A stretch of 64,000 bases of DNA from an uncultured Gemmatimonadales bacterium (lineage in GTDB: Bacteria; Gemmatimonadota; Gemmatimonadetes; Longimicrobiales; RSA9): assembly GCA_963816355.1 (NCBI GenBank), contig CAWFKH010000001.1:576001-640000 (forward strand). Direction: 5' to 3'. The stretch's first letter is position 1. The number at the start of each line of letters is the position of its first letter. The position numbers and the translations under genes were made by a program. The notes beneath the pieces are model-generated. The model worked only from the letters and a program-made list of their open reading frames with translations, was not told where the DNA came from and searched no databases. Shown here piece after piece: positions 51,054 to 59,557 of the stretch.

Positions 51054-52220
51054 TCAGTCGAACAGGATGTTCTCTACGAACGTCTCGAGCTGGACCTGCA
51101 GATGGTCGAAGCTCGTCATCCGCTCCTCGAACTCGGTCACGAAGTAGGGCACCTTCGCGTCGTCGAGCGCCTTCATGTACGCGACCTGCTCGTCCAGCCC
51201 CGGCTCGCACATCTTCGCCGCGGCGACGATCGCCGCCTCCGCGTCCGCCTCGCGCACGCGCCGCAGCAGCATCGCCTCCTTCGGCTTGCGCAGGTCGTGC
51301 TGCACGGGGCTGTACGTGGAGCGCTCGATGTAGGCGTCGGCGAGCGCGAGCAGCGGATCACCGTCGCCCGCCACGTCCTCGACGATCCACCGCAGCCCGA
51401 TCAGCAGGTCGTCGTCGACCACGTAGCAGAACTGCCCGATCGAGCGCAGCAGGTCGAGCGGCGGCTGCTCGCAGAAGCCGCCCTCGAAGACGACCCGGAT
51501 CCTGTCCTGGCGCCGGCTCGTGCGCGCCCGGATCTGCGGCAGCGCCGCCGCGAGCAGCGCGTTGTGCTCCTCGCGCGGGACCAGGCCGCCGATCGCCACC
51601 AGCGCGTACGCCTCGTCCACCGGCAGCAGCCACGGCTCGGTCCGCTTGACCTGGTACAGCTCGCGCAGCAGGCGCCGGTTCTCGTTGAAGACCGCGATCG
51701 ACGCACGCAGCGCGTCGTCGTCCACGCTCCGGCCGGCGACGGCTTCGATGTCGCGCAGCACCCGGCCGTACTCGTCGCGCAGGTAGGCGGCGGCGAACGC
51801 GGAGTTCGGGTTCTGCGGGAAGTAGAGGATCTGCGCGGGATACGGCAGGTTGCGCGACCACAGGCCGGCGAGGTTGCGGGCGGCGTCGCAGATCGGGTGC
51901 GTCACGAAGAGGTCGAGCTCCAGCCGCCCGGACATCGCCAGCTCGAGCGAGCTGCGCAGGATCGAGCAGAGGTAGGAGCCGAAGTGCGAGTCCGCCTCCC
52001 GCCGCTCCACCGGCGCGCCTCTCACCTTGACCGGGAGCAGCCCCGCCGCGTGCGCCAGCTCCTCCGGGAAGTAGACCTGGAAGTGGCCCAGGACCTTGCC
52101 GCCTGCCTCGCGCCAGCGCCGCACCGTCGGCATGTCCATGTCCTCCAGCGTGTCGCGGCACACGGCGACGATCTCGTCGAGCCGCGCACCCGGCTCGAGC
52201 GGCAGCAGGCGGTCCGCCAT
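51054..52220 (-). CDS. bcrC: Benzoyl-CoA reductase subunit C-like (2-hydroxyacyl-CoA dehydratase family)
   Basis: [47 protein letters not shown]. Confidence 0.82.
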   Translation of the reverse strand: MADRLLPLEPGARLDEIVAVCRDTLEDMDMPTVRRWREAGGKVLGHFQVYFPEELAHAAGLLPVKVRGAPVERREADSHFGSYLCSILRSSLELAMSGRLELDLFVTHPICDAARNLAGLWSRNLPYPAQILYFPQNPNSAFAAAYLRDEYGRVLRDIEAVAGRSVDDDALRASIAVFNENRRLLRELYQVKRTEPWLLPVDEAYALVAIGGLVPREEHNALLAAALPQIRARTSRRQDRIRVVFEGGFCEQPPLDLLRSIGQFCYVVDDDLLIGLRWIVEDVAGDGDPLLALADAYIERSTYSPVQHDLRKPKEAMLLRRVREADAEAAIVAAAKMCEPGLDEQVAYMKALDDAKVPYFVTEFEERMTSFDHLQVQLETFVENILFD

Positions 52221-52222
52221 CG

Positions 52223-53014
52223 CTACGCCTCCCTCCATTCGGGTGTCCGCTTCTCGACGAACGCGGCGATCCCCTCGCGCGCGTCCTCCAGGCGCAGCAG
52301 CTCACCCGCGTAGGCGGCGTCGACGTGCCGGAGCGCCGCCTCCGGCGCGAGCCGCTGCGTCTCCAGGAGCGTGCGCTTCGTGAGCCGCAGCACGGGGCCG
52401 CTCAGCGACGCGAGCCGTGCGACGTAGCCCTCCACCAGCGCGGGGAAGTCGTCGGCGGGTGCGACGCGCGTCACGATTCCCGCCTCGTGCGCCGCCGCGC
52501 CGTCCATCGTCGTGCCGCTCAGGACGATGTCGAGCGCCCGCTGCCGCCCCACCAGCCGCGGCAGCAGCGCCAGCGCGACCGGCGGGAAGACGCCGAGGCC
52601 GATCTCCGGCTGGCCGATGCGTGCGTCCGCCCGCGCCAGCACGACGTCGCACGCGTAGAGCAGCTCGCAGCCGCCGCCGAGCGCCGCACCGCCCACCGCC
52701 GCGACCACCACGCAGTCGAGCCGCCGCAGCCGCGTGATCACCGCGTGGAACGAGGCGAGCATCGCGTGCACGCGGTCCGGACCGTGGTCGGCCACGTCGA
52801 CCCCCGCGCAGAAGGCGCGGCCGGCGCCGCTCAGCACGAGGACCTTCGCCGTGCGGTCGGCCGCGACGTCGTCCAGCAGCGCCGCGATCTCCTCCATCAT
52901 CCCGATCGTGAGCACGTTCACGGGCGGACGGTCGAGGACGAGCCGCGCGACGCCCGGCGCCGTCCGCTCCAGGCGCGCGAAGCGCTGCGCCGGCGCCGCC
53001 GCGGGCGCGCTCAT
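52223..53014 (-). CDS. dch: Cyclohexa-1,5-dienecarbonyl-CoA hydratase (crotonase family)
   Basis: [38 protein letters not shown]; operon context. Confidence 0.8.
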   Translation of the reverse strand: MSAPAAAPAQRFARLERTAPGVARLVLDRPPVNVLTIGMMEEIAALLDDVAADRTAKVLVLSGAGRAFCAGVDVADHGPDRVHAMLASFHAVITRLRRLDCVVVAAVGGAALGGGCELLYACDVVLARADARIGQPEIGLGVFPPVALALLPRLVGRQRALDIVLSGTTMDGAAAHEAGIVTRVAPADDFPALVEGYVARLASLSGPVLRLTKRTLLETQRLAPEAALRHVDAAYAGELLRLEDAREGIAAFVEKRTPEWREA

Positions 53015-54222
53015 CGCCGGTCTTCCAGCGCGGCGCGCTCCCGCTCGAGCGCCGTCCCCCGCTCGCCTCCCGCCGCCGCAGGGCCGGCGCGCAGCGGCTC
53101 GCGTCCCTCGCGTCCCGCGCGTCCGGCGTCTTCCGGCGCGAGCGTCGCCGCGGCGTCGCCGTTCCCCCTCGCCTGCGCGGGCAGCGGAGCGCCGCACGCG
53201 CCGCAGTAGCCGAAGTCCGCCGGCAGCCCCTCCGCGCCGCACGCCGGGCAGTCCCGCGCGTAGGGGCCCCACACGAACTCGCTCGCGCCGCCCTCCGCCG
53301 CCCGACTCCGCACGTCGGCGTAGCGTGGCGGACGCTTCTGCACGAACGCGCGCATCCCCTCCCACGGCTCGAGCGCGCCGAAGTGCAGCGACAGCCAGTC
53401 GCGGGCGTGGCCGATCGTCTGGTGCCACGCCAGCTCTTTCCAGAAGTTGACCTGCTGCTTCGTGTAGCGGACGCATTCCGGGAACTGCTCCAGCAGCTTC
53501 TCCGCCAGCTTTGCCACCTCGGCGTCCAGCCGCTCCAGGCTGATCGCGTAGCCCTCTTCGCCGCGCTGCGCCTTGCGGATCTGCTCCGGCGTGGCCCGCT
53601 CCACGAAGTCGCCGCCCAGCGTGACCGACGGCACGACGCGGTTCACCAGCCCCCAATCCAGCGCCTGATACGCCGGGATGCGGCCGTTGAAGAGCAGCAT
53701 CTCCCGCGCGCGCCGGTCGCCCACGAAGAGCGGCAGCCACTGCGTCGCCCCGCCCGCGGCCACGCTGCCCACACGCGTGCCCACCTGCCCCAGCCACGCG
53801 TGCTCCGCCATCACCGCCAGGTCGCACGCCATCTGCGACTCGTTGCCGCCGCCCACCGCCATCCCGTTCAGCCGCGCCACCACCGGCTTGCCCGCGTTCA
53901 CGATGCTCTCGATGTAGGCGCGGAAGAGACCCATGTACTTCCAGTAATCCCGCGGCCGCACCGTGTACTCCGACTCGTACTCCTTCACGTCGCCGCCCGT
54001 ACAGAACGCGACGTCGCCCGCGCCCGTGAACACGATCACGCCCACCGCGTCGTCGAACGCCGCGTCGCGGAACGCCGTCGCCAGCTCCTCCAGCGCCAGC
54101 GTCGAATACGCGTTGTACGCGTGCGGCCGCTCGATCGTGATCGTCGCCACGCGACCTGCCTTGCGATAGCCGACCTCCCCGAAATCGTAGGAGTCCGCCC
54201 GTCGCGTCCCGAAATACGACAT
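53011..54222 (-). CDS. oah: 6-oxocyclohex-1-ene-1-carbonyl-CoA hydrolase with C-terminal Cys-rich extension
   Basis: YNAYST, AFCTGGDVKEY, RLNGMAVGGGNE, GSVAAGGAT, FPECVRYTK. Confidence 0.82.
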   Translation of the reverse strand: MSYFGTRRADSYDFGEVGYRKAGRVATITIERPHAYNAYSTLALEELATAFRDAAFDDAVGVIVFTGAGDVAFCTGGDVKEYESEYTVRPRDYWKYMGLFRAYIESIVNAGKPVVARLNGMAVGGGNESQMACDLAVMAEHAWLGQVGTRVGSVAAGGATQWLPLFVGDRRAREMLLFNGRIPAYQALDWGLVNRVVPSVTLGGDFVERATPEQIRKAQRGEEGYAISLERLDAEVAKLAEKLLEQFPECVRYTKQQVNFWKELAWHQTIGHARDWLSLHFGALEPWEGMRAFVQKRPPRYADVRSRAAEGGASEFVWGPYARDCPACGAEGLPADFGYCGACGAPLPAQARGNGDAAATLAPEDAGRAGREGREPLRAGPAAAGGERGTALERERAALEDRR

Positions 54223-54246
54223 CGATCGCCCCCTCTCTCGCCTGAT

Positions 54247-55122
54247 TTACGCGCGCCGCCGCATCGGGGCCGGCTCGCTCGACCGCAGCTCCAGAACCGA
54301 TTCCACGTACGACGACGCCGGCGCCGTCAGCACCTCGTGAAACGCCTCGAACAGCGCCGCCGCCGCCTCGCCTTTCCAGCCCGCCGGCAGAAGCCGACGC
54401 GGCAGGTATGGGTCCGACAGCGGAAACTCCCGGTACTCGTGCACCAGCCGGAACCGCAGCTCGTAGCACTCCTCCGGCGACAGCCGCCCCGCCTCCAGCT
54501 CCGCCGAGCACCGCTCGTGTACCGCCCCCCAGCGCTCGATGAAAGCGCCGTAGCGCGCGTCCACCGCCGCCAGGTCCCAGCACCGCGACACCAGCGCCTC
54601 CACGCTCGAGTATCCCTGGTACTGCGCCCGGAACAGTTCAACGTGATCGCTCGCGCCCAGCTCCCCCGCCAGCTCGTTCACCTCCCCGCGAAGCGCATGC
54701 GGAGAGATCCACAGGCCGTTGCCCAGCTGCCCGAAGCCCAGCCACTGCAGACGCACCCGCAGACGGTCCCGCACCCGGCGATGCTCCTCCGGCACCGAGT
54801 ACGCGACCAGGTACCACAGCCCGTCCCACGGCTCGTCGCGCGGCGGCCGGTAGATCCGCGCCTCCCCCGCCTCCAGCAGACGACGCCCCCGCGCCGTCAA
54901 CGCGTAGTAGCTCCGCCGCCCCGACCGCTCCGTCTCCAGCCACCCCTTGCGCGACATCCGCGACAGCACCGTCCGCGTCGCCGCCGCCGACAGCCCCAGC
55001 GGCCGCAGCAGCGCGATCAGGCTCCCCACCCACACCGCGCCCGGCCGCCGCAGCAGGTAGTCGCCGTAGAGCGTGAAGACGAGGTCCTGCGGCCGCGCGG
55101 GGTAACTTGTGTCAGTATCCAT
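54247..55122 (-). CDS. paaX: PaaX family transcriptional regulator
   Basis: LVFTLYGDY, RTVLSRMSRKGWL, WDGLW, LGFGQLGNGLWISP, DPYLPRRLLPAGW. Confidence 0.92.
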   Translation of the reverse strand: MDTDTSYPARPQDLVFTLYGDYLLRRPGAVWVGSLIALLRPLGLSAAATRTVLSRMSRKGWLETERSGRRSYYALTARGRRLLEAGEARIYRPPRDEPWDGLWYLVAYSVPEEHRRVRDRLRVRLQWLGFGQLGNGLWISPHALRGEVNELAGELGASDHVELFRAQYQGYSSVEALVSRCWDLAAVDARYGAFIERWGAVHERCSAELEAGRLSPEECYELRFRLVHEYREFPLSDPYLPRRLLPAGWKGEAAAALFEAFHEVLTAPASSYVESVLELRSSEPAPMRRRA

Positions 55123-55158
55123 ACGATCGTAATGTAAGTGACATATTTGCCGGGGCAA
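55122..55158 (-). promoter_or_regulatory. Putative sigma-70 promoter and operator of the paaX-bcr operon
   Basis: Minus strand TTGCCC-N16-TACATT-N8-ATG; palindrome TACGATCGTA (55122-31) and ATGT-N5-ACAT (55132-44) in an AT-rich island. Confidence 0.55.
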
Positions 55159-55245
55159 GGCTCTCGTGCGGCGGGGGCGCGGGGGACGGACGCGCGGGGC
55201 ATGGGCGCGGCCAGGTTCGCGGGCGCCCCAGGAAGCGAGGTGTCC

Positions 55246-55710
55246 ATGGCGGGGCTGTGGTGGGAGGAATTCGAGGTGGGGCGGGAATACGACGCCGGCG
55301 AACGGGCTGTGACGCAGTCGGACGTGGAGGCGTTCGCGGCGGTGTCCGGAGACCGCAACGCGCTGCACCTGGACGAGGAGTACGCGCGTGGCACGCCGCT
55401 GGGCGGTCGGGTGGCGCACGGGGTGCTGGGGTTGGCGGTGGCGACGGGGCGGCTGTACGAGCTGGGTCTGACGCGGGGCACGCTGGTGGCGCTGGTGGGG
55501 GTGGAGTGGCGGTTCGTGGCCCGGGTGCGGCCGGGCGACGCATTGCGGGTGCGTGTGCGGGTGGCGGAGAAGCGGCCCACGTCGCGGCCGGAGCGGGGGC
55601 TGGTGCGCTTCGCGCTCACGCTGGAGCGGGGGAGCGGCGAGGTGGTTCAGGAGGGGGTGTTGACGTCGCTCGTGCGCCGGGGTGGGAAGGGGCGGGGAAC
55701 GCACACCTGA
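55246..55710 (+). CDS. MaoC family (hotdog) dehydratase
   Basis: FAAVSGDRNALHLD, RVAHG, VRPGD. Confidence 0.9.
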   Translation: MAGLWWEEFEVGREYDAGERAVTQSDVEAFAAVSGDRNALHLDEEYARGTPLGGRVAHGVLGLAVATGRLYELGLTRGTLVALVGVEWRFVARVRPGDALRVRVRVAEKRPTSRPERGLVRFALTLERGSGEVVQEGVLTSLVRRGGKGRGTHT

Positions 55711-55754
55711 GACCGCGCGGTCCTCCGCTTCGACACGGCGCTGGAGCCCGAGGG

Positions 55755-56459
55755 CTACACCCCCTTCGCCTCCGCGCCCCAGACCGCCTTGTGGAGCTGG
55801 ACCTGGAAGCGGGCGGGAAGCCGGTCCTCGAGGATCCACTCGGCGAGATCGCGAAACGACAGCGACGACCAGACGGGCGAGAAGAGGATGGCGCCGAGCG
55901 TGCCGGAGGCGACGCGGTCGGCGAGCGGCGCCGAGTGCGCGGCGGCGTCGCGGTTCTCGCCGCGCACGACGGCGCGGGCCCACTCGTAGTCGGCGCGGTC
56001 GGCGACGACGAACTTGACCTCGTCGCGCGCGGTGAGGTGCTCGAGGTTCGACCACAGGTTGCGGGCGGCCTCGCCGGAGCCGGGACACTTGAGGTCCATG
56101 ATGCGGTGGGCGCGCGAGTCGAGCGGTGCGACGTCGACGGCGCCGGAGGTCTCGACCAGGACGGTGTAGCCGCGGTCGAGGAGGCGCGCAGCGAGGCGGA
56201 AGGCGCCGGGGTGGACGAGCGGCTCGCCGCCGGTGATCTCGACGAGCGGCGTGCCGATCGCGTCGACGGCGGCGACGATGGCGTCGAGGCTCATCTTCTC
56301 GCCGCCGTGGAAGGCGTAGGCGGTGTCGCACCAGACGCAGCGCAGCGGGCAGCCGGTGAGGCGGACGAAGGTGCACGGCAGCCCCGCGCGCGTGCTCTCG
56401 CCCTGGATGCTGTGGAAGATCTCGGTGACGCGGAGGAAGTCCGGCACGGCGGTCCTCAC
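55755..56459 (-). CDS. queE: 7-carboxy-7-deazaguanine synthase (radical SAM)
   Basis: EIFHSIQGE, FVRLTGCPLRCVWCDT, ITGGEP, QVQLHK; start 56459 or 56447. Confidence 0.9.
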   Translation of the reverse strand: MRTAVPDFLRVTEIFHSIQGESTRAGLPCTFVRLTGCPLRCVWCDTAYAFHGGEKMSLDAIVAAVDAIGTPLVEITGGEPLVHPGAFRLAARLLDRGYTVLVETSGAVDVAPLDSRAHRIMDLKCPGSGEAARNLWSNLEHLTARDEVKFVVADRADYEWARAVVRGENRDAAAHSAPLADRVASGTLGAILFSPVWSSLSFRDLAEWILEDRLPARFQVQLHKAVWGAEAKGV

Positions 56460-57412
56460 CGCGCGCGGCCGTCGCGGCCGAGCAGGAAGCCGAGCGGCGA
56501 CTCGCGCAGGATGCTGGTGGCGATGAAGAAGACGTTGGCGGGCCGCTCGGCGAGGCGGCGCATGAAGTACGGGTACCACGCCTCGCCGAAGGGGACGTAG
56601 ACGCGCAGCCGGTAGCCCTGGCGGAGGATGGCGCTCTGCAGGTCGCGTCGCACGCCGTAGAGCATCTGGAACTCGTAGCGGTCGGTGGGGATCGCGTGCT
56701 CGTTGGCGAAGCGCTTCGTCACCTCGATCATGCGCGGGTCGTGCGTCGCGATGCCGGGGTAGGCGCCGTTCTCGAGGAGCAGGCGCATGAGGCGGACGAA
56801 GCTGTCGTCGACGTCGCGCTTCGCGGGGAAGGCGACGCTCGGCGGCTCCTTGTAGGCGCCCTTGCAGAGGCGGACGCGGACGCCGAGTTCGTTCATCCGC
56901 CGCACGTCCTCCTCGCTGCGCCGCAGGTACGACTGCAGGACGACGCCGCAGTTCGCGTGGCCCTCCTCGCGCATGCGAGCGAAGAAGTCGAGCGAGCGCT
57001 GCGTGTAGTCGCTCGACTCCATGTCGAAGCGGACGAAGAGGCCGTGCGCGTCCGCGCGCTCGAGGATGCGGGCCGTGTTGTCGTGAACGAACTCCTCGTC
57101 AATGTCCTGGCCGAGCTGCGTCAGCTTGACGGAGACGTTGGCGTCGAGCTTCTCGGCGGCGATGCGGTCGACGACGCGCAGCACGACGTCGCGCGACGCC
57201 TCCGCCTCGCTCCGCTTCTCGACCGCCTCGCCGAGGTAGTCGAGCGACGCCGTCGCGCCGTGCGCGTTCAGCTCGCGGACGGCGCGAATCGCGTCGTCGA
57301 TGCTCTCGCCCGCGACGAAGCGGCGCGCGATCGTGCGCGCGAACGGCGCGTCGGTGGCGATGCGCCGCGCGAGGCGGCTCTCACTGAGGAAGAGGAATCC
57401 CTCCCGAAGCAT
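56456..57412 (-). CDS. Monofunctional proline dehydrogenase
   Basis: RFVAGE, SVKLTQLG, DMES, RLCKGAY, IATHD, QMLYG, YVPFG. Confidence 0.93.
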   Translation of the reverse strand: MLREGFLFLSESRLARRIATDAPFARTIARRFVAGESIDDAIRAVRELNAHGATASLDYLGEAVEKRSEAEASRDVVLRVVDRIAAEKLDANVSVKLTQLGQDIDEEFVHDNTARILERADAHGLFVRFDMESSDYTQRSLDFFARMREEGHANCGVVLQSYLRRSEEDVRRMNELGVRVRLCKGAYKEPPSVAFPAKRDVDDSFVRLMRLLLENGAYPGIATHDPRMIEVTKRFANEHAIPTDRYEFQMLYGVRRDLQSAILRQGYRLRVYVPFGEAWYPYFMRRLAERPANVFFIATSILRESPLGFLLGRDGRAR

Positions 57413-57415
57413 TCG

Positions 57416-58096
57416 TCAGCTCTCCCGGTTGCGCTCGGCGGTCTCGGGGGTCTCGGCGCGCTCGGTCCGCTCGGCGGGCTCGGTCCGCTCGGCGGGCTCG
57501 GTCCGCTCGGCGGGCTCGGTCCGCTCGGCGGGCTCGGCGGGCTCGGCCCGCTCGGCGGTCTCGGCGCGCTCGGCGGGCTCGGCGGGCTCGGCGCTCTCGG
57601 CGCTCTCGGCGCTCTCGGCGCTCTCGGCGCGCGCGACAGCGCGGTCGAGCGCCGCCTTCACCTCGTGCAAGGGCAGCGCCCCGAGCGCCGCCAGTGCCGC
57701 CGCCTCGCTGTCGGCGCGCACGAGGTCGTCGGACTCGAGGTGCCCCATGATCCCCGCGCCGGTCTCTGCCCAGCGGATGAAGACGAGGAAGCCGACGAAG
57801 GCGCCGCCGACCCCTGCGGGACCGGAGGCCTCGTCGTCCGCTTCTTCCACCTCGAGGCCGACCGTGTACGGCTGCGCGTCCGGCCCGGAGAACGCGGGGG
57901 GACGGTCGTGCTTGGCAATGTAGCCGCCGAGCGTCGCGTCGAGACCCGCCTCGGGATCGGTGGCGGGGTCGAGCTTGAGGCGGCGGACGAGGTCGATCGG
58001 CTCGTCCGCCTCGCTCGGTCCCGCCGCTTCCGCCTCCGTGCCCGCCTCGTGCGCACGGCGCGTCAGGTCTTCGAGCAGTGAATCGTCGCGTTCCAT
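57416..58096 (-). CDS. Hypothetical acidic protein with AES/EPAER low-complexity tail
   Basis: Globular core (TLGGYIAKHDRPPAFSGPD...FIRWAETGAGIMGHLES); ATG 58096. Confidence 0.7.
   Translation of the reverse strand: MERDDSLLEDLTRRAHEAGTEAEAAGPSEADEPIDLVRRLKLDPATDPEAGLDATLGGYIAKHDRPPAFSGPDAQPYTVGLEVEEADDEASGPAGVGGAFVGFLVFIRWAETGAGIMGHLESDDLVRADSEAAALAALGALPLHEVKAALDRAVARAESAESAESAESAEPAEPAERAETAERAEPAEPAERTEPAERTEPAERTEPAERTERAETPETAERNRES
57432..57630. repeat. In-frame 9/18-bp tandem repeats
   Basis: Repeated CTCGGCGCT, CTCGGCGGG and CTCGGTCCG units. Confidence 0.9.
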
Positions 58097-58176
58097 GCCC
58101 CGCCTCCCGATCGGGCTTGTTTCACGGCATGAGAGTGCGCCGTGAAGGAGACGGAGGCAAGGCGTGGAGGCGGCCC

Positions 58177-58294
58177 TCGCGCCGAGCACCCTGCGAGGCG
58201 GCCCATCGCCAACAAGTGAAAGTGGTTGCCCTGCGTCGCACCCGCGCCGCGCCGGCGGCTGCTCCGCGACCCCCACGACCTCCGCGAGAGACAG
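58177..58294. repeat. Dispersed repeat family, copy B (3' half)
   Basis: CGCGCCGAGC...AACAAGTGAAAGTGGTTGCCCTGCGTCGCACCCGCG...CCTCCGCGAGAGACAG aligns to copies A, C and D. Confidence 0.8.
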
Positions 58295-58372
58295 GCTTTC
58301 GAACGTGAAGGCCGCCGCGAAGTAACCTAGCGGCGTTTCCGCGCGCGCGTGGCGAGGCTTGGTTCATGAATG

Positions 58373-58624
58373 TTCACGCGGAGGGCGCGATGGTCGCGGC
58401 GGGGTTCGCGGCGAGGCGGACTTCGTGGAGTTACCGAGGCCGTTTTCGCCGGAAGCCGCCGTCTTCTTTGTGGTTGCGTCGCGCGGAGCACGCTACGTGG
58501 CGAGCAGCCACCAAGATAATGAAGATGGTCGCCCTGCGTCGCACCAACGTCGCGCCGGTGGTCCCCCCGCGACTCCGACCTCCTCCGCGTCCTCCGCGTC
58601 CTCCGCGTCCTCCGCGAGAGACAG
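58373..58624. mobile_element. Dispersed repeat family, copy C (full length, degenerate TIR)
   Basis: Begins TTCACGCGGAGGGCGCG, shares CCGAGGCCGTTT..CCGGAAGCYGCCGTCTTCTTTGTGG with copy A, ends in repeated CCTCCGCGT then GAGACAG. Confidence 0.65.
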
Positions 58625-58748
58625 CTCTCGAGCGTCGTCGGCCGCCGCCATCGCGCTCTGGTCTGCGGAAGTGTGGGCGCCATTATGGCAGGCTTACCGC
58701 GGCCGGCCGCAGGCGCCAGGATGAAAGGTCGTCCCATGCGCTCCGAAC

Positions 58749-58869
58749 CCGTGTGGCTCTGTTCGCGGAAAATGTTGGTGTTTCGTAAGTGAATGTGGTG
58801 CAAGGCTCTGTGATGCCCTTACCGGGCTCTCCCCCGGGACCAACACTTCCTGCGAACAGAGCCACACGG
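58749..58869. repeat. Long hairpin: 18-bp perfect stem extended to ~31 bp
   Basis: CCGTGTGGCTCTGTTCGC (58749-66) / GCGAACAGAGCCACACGG (58852-69), plus TGTTGGT/ACCAACA. Confidence 0.9.
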
Positions 58870-58976
58870 CGTCCCGGAGAAGGGTGCGGGTCTCTTCGTG
58901 GTGGGGGCGCCGCCCGCCGGCGGAGGCCCACGAAATGGCCTCGCGGCGTTTCCGAACGCGCGCGGCGAGGCCCGTT

Positions 58977-59092
58977 GCGCGGCGCGGAGCAGCCGACGAG
59001 GCGAGCCACCGCCAACAACTGAGCGTGGTTGCCGTGCGTCGCACCCGCGTCGCGCCGGTGGCCCCTCCGCGACCTCCGCGCCCCCCGCGAAG
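58977..59092. repeat. Dispersed repeat family, copy D (3' half)
   Basis: GCGCGGAGC...GCCAACAACTGAGCGTGGTTGCCGTGCGTCGCACCCGCGTCGCGCCGG...CCTCCGCG. Confidence 0.8.
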
Positions 59093-59205
59093 CAGCCCGG
59101 CTGCCGATCCAAACGCGCGCGGCGGGCACCGTCCGCGGGGAATCGAGATCACGGCTCGCGCGCCGGCAGATTTCTTGCCCCCTGCGTGCGCTGGGAGGGA
59201 CCGCG

Positions 59206-59556
59206 ATGACCACGACGAACCGGTGGTGGCTGGAGGGCGGAAGTGAGACGTGCGGCTTCTGCCTGCAGCGCTACGCCTACGAGATCGAGTACCGCTGCGC
59301 TGCGTGCGACCGCGCGGTGTGCCCGTCCTGCGTCGTCGTCGTGCGGGGGCGCTCCGAAGTGCTGTGTGGCGATTGCGCCGGTCCGGCGCGCGGCGTGGGC
59401 GCGGGTGGCGCGGGTGACGCTTGTGGTGCGGGTGGCGCTTGTGGTGTGGGTGGCGAGGGTGGCGCGGGTGGTGCGGGTGGCGCGGGTGGCGCGGGTGGCG
59501 CGGGTGGGGACAATGGCGGTGGGGCGCGGGCGCGGCGCGCCACGCGAGGGGACTGA
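59206..59556 (+). CDS. Small 8-Cys zinc-finger protein with Gly/Ala-rich repeat tail
   Basis: RBS GGGAGG; CGFC, CAAC, CPSC, CGDC; stop 1 nt before the Ku start. Confidence 0.7.
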   Translation: MTTTNRWWLEGGSETCGFCLQRYAYEIEYRCAACDRAVCPSCVVVVRGRSEVLCGDCAGPARGVGAGGAGDACGAGGACGVGGEGGAGGAGGAGGAGGAGGDNGGGARARRATRGD

Positions 59557-59557
59557 C

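Noticed and set aside
55755..56459. QueE as part of a 7-deazaguanine DNA-modification (dpd) defence island
   Set aside because: No dpdA/tgt-like, queC or queD genes are adjacent, and the context is housekeeping.
58097..59205. Possible CRISPR array
   Set aside because: Units are long (over 100 bp), divergent and irregularly spaced. There are no constant-length spacers and no cas genes.
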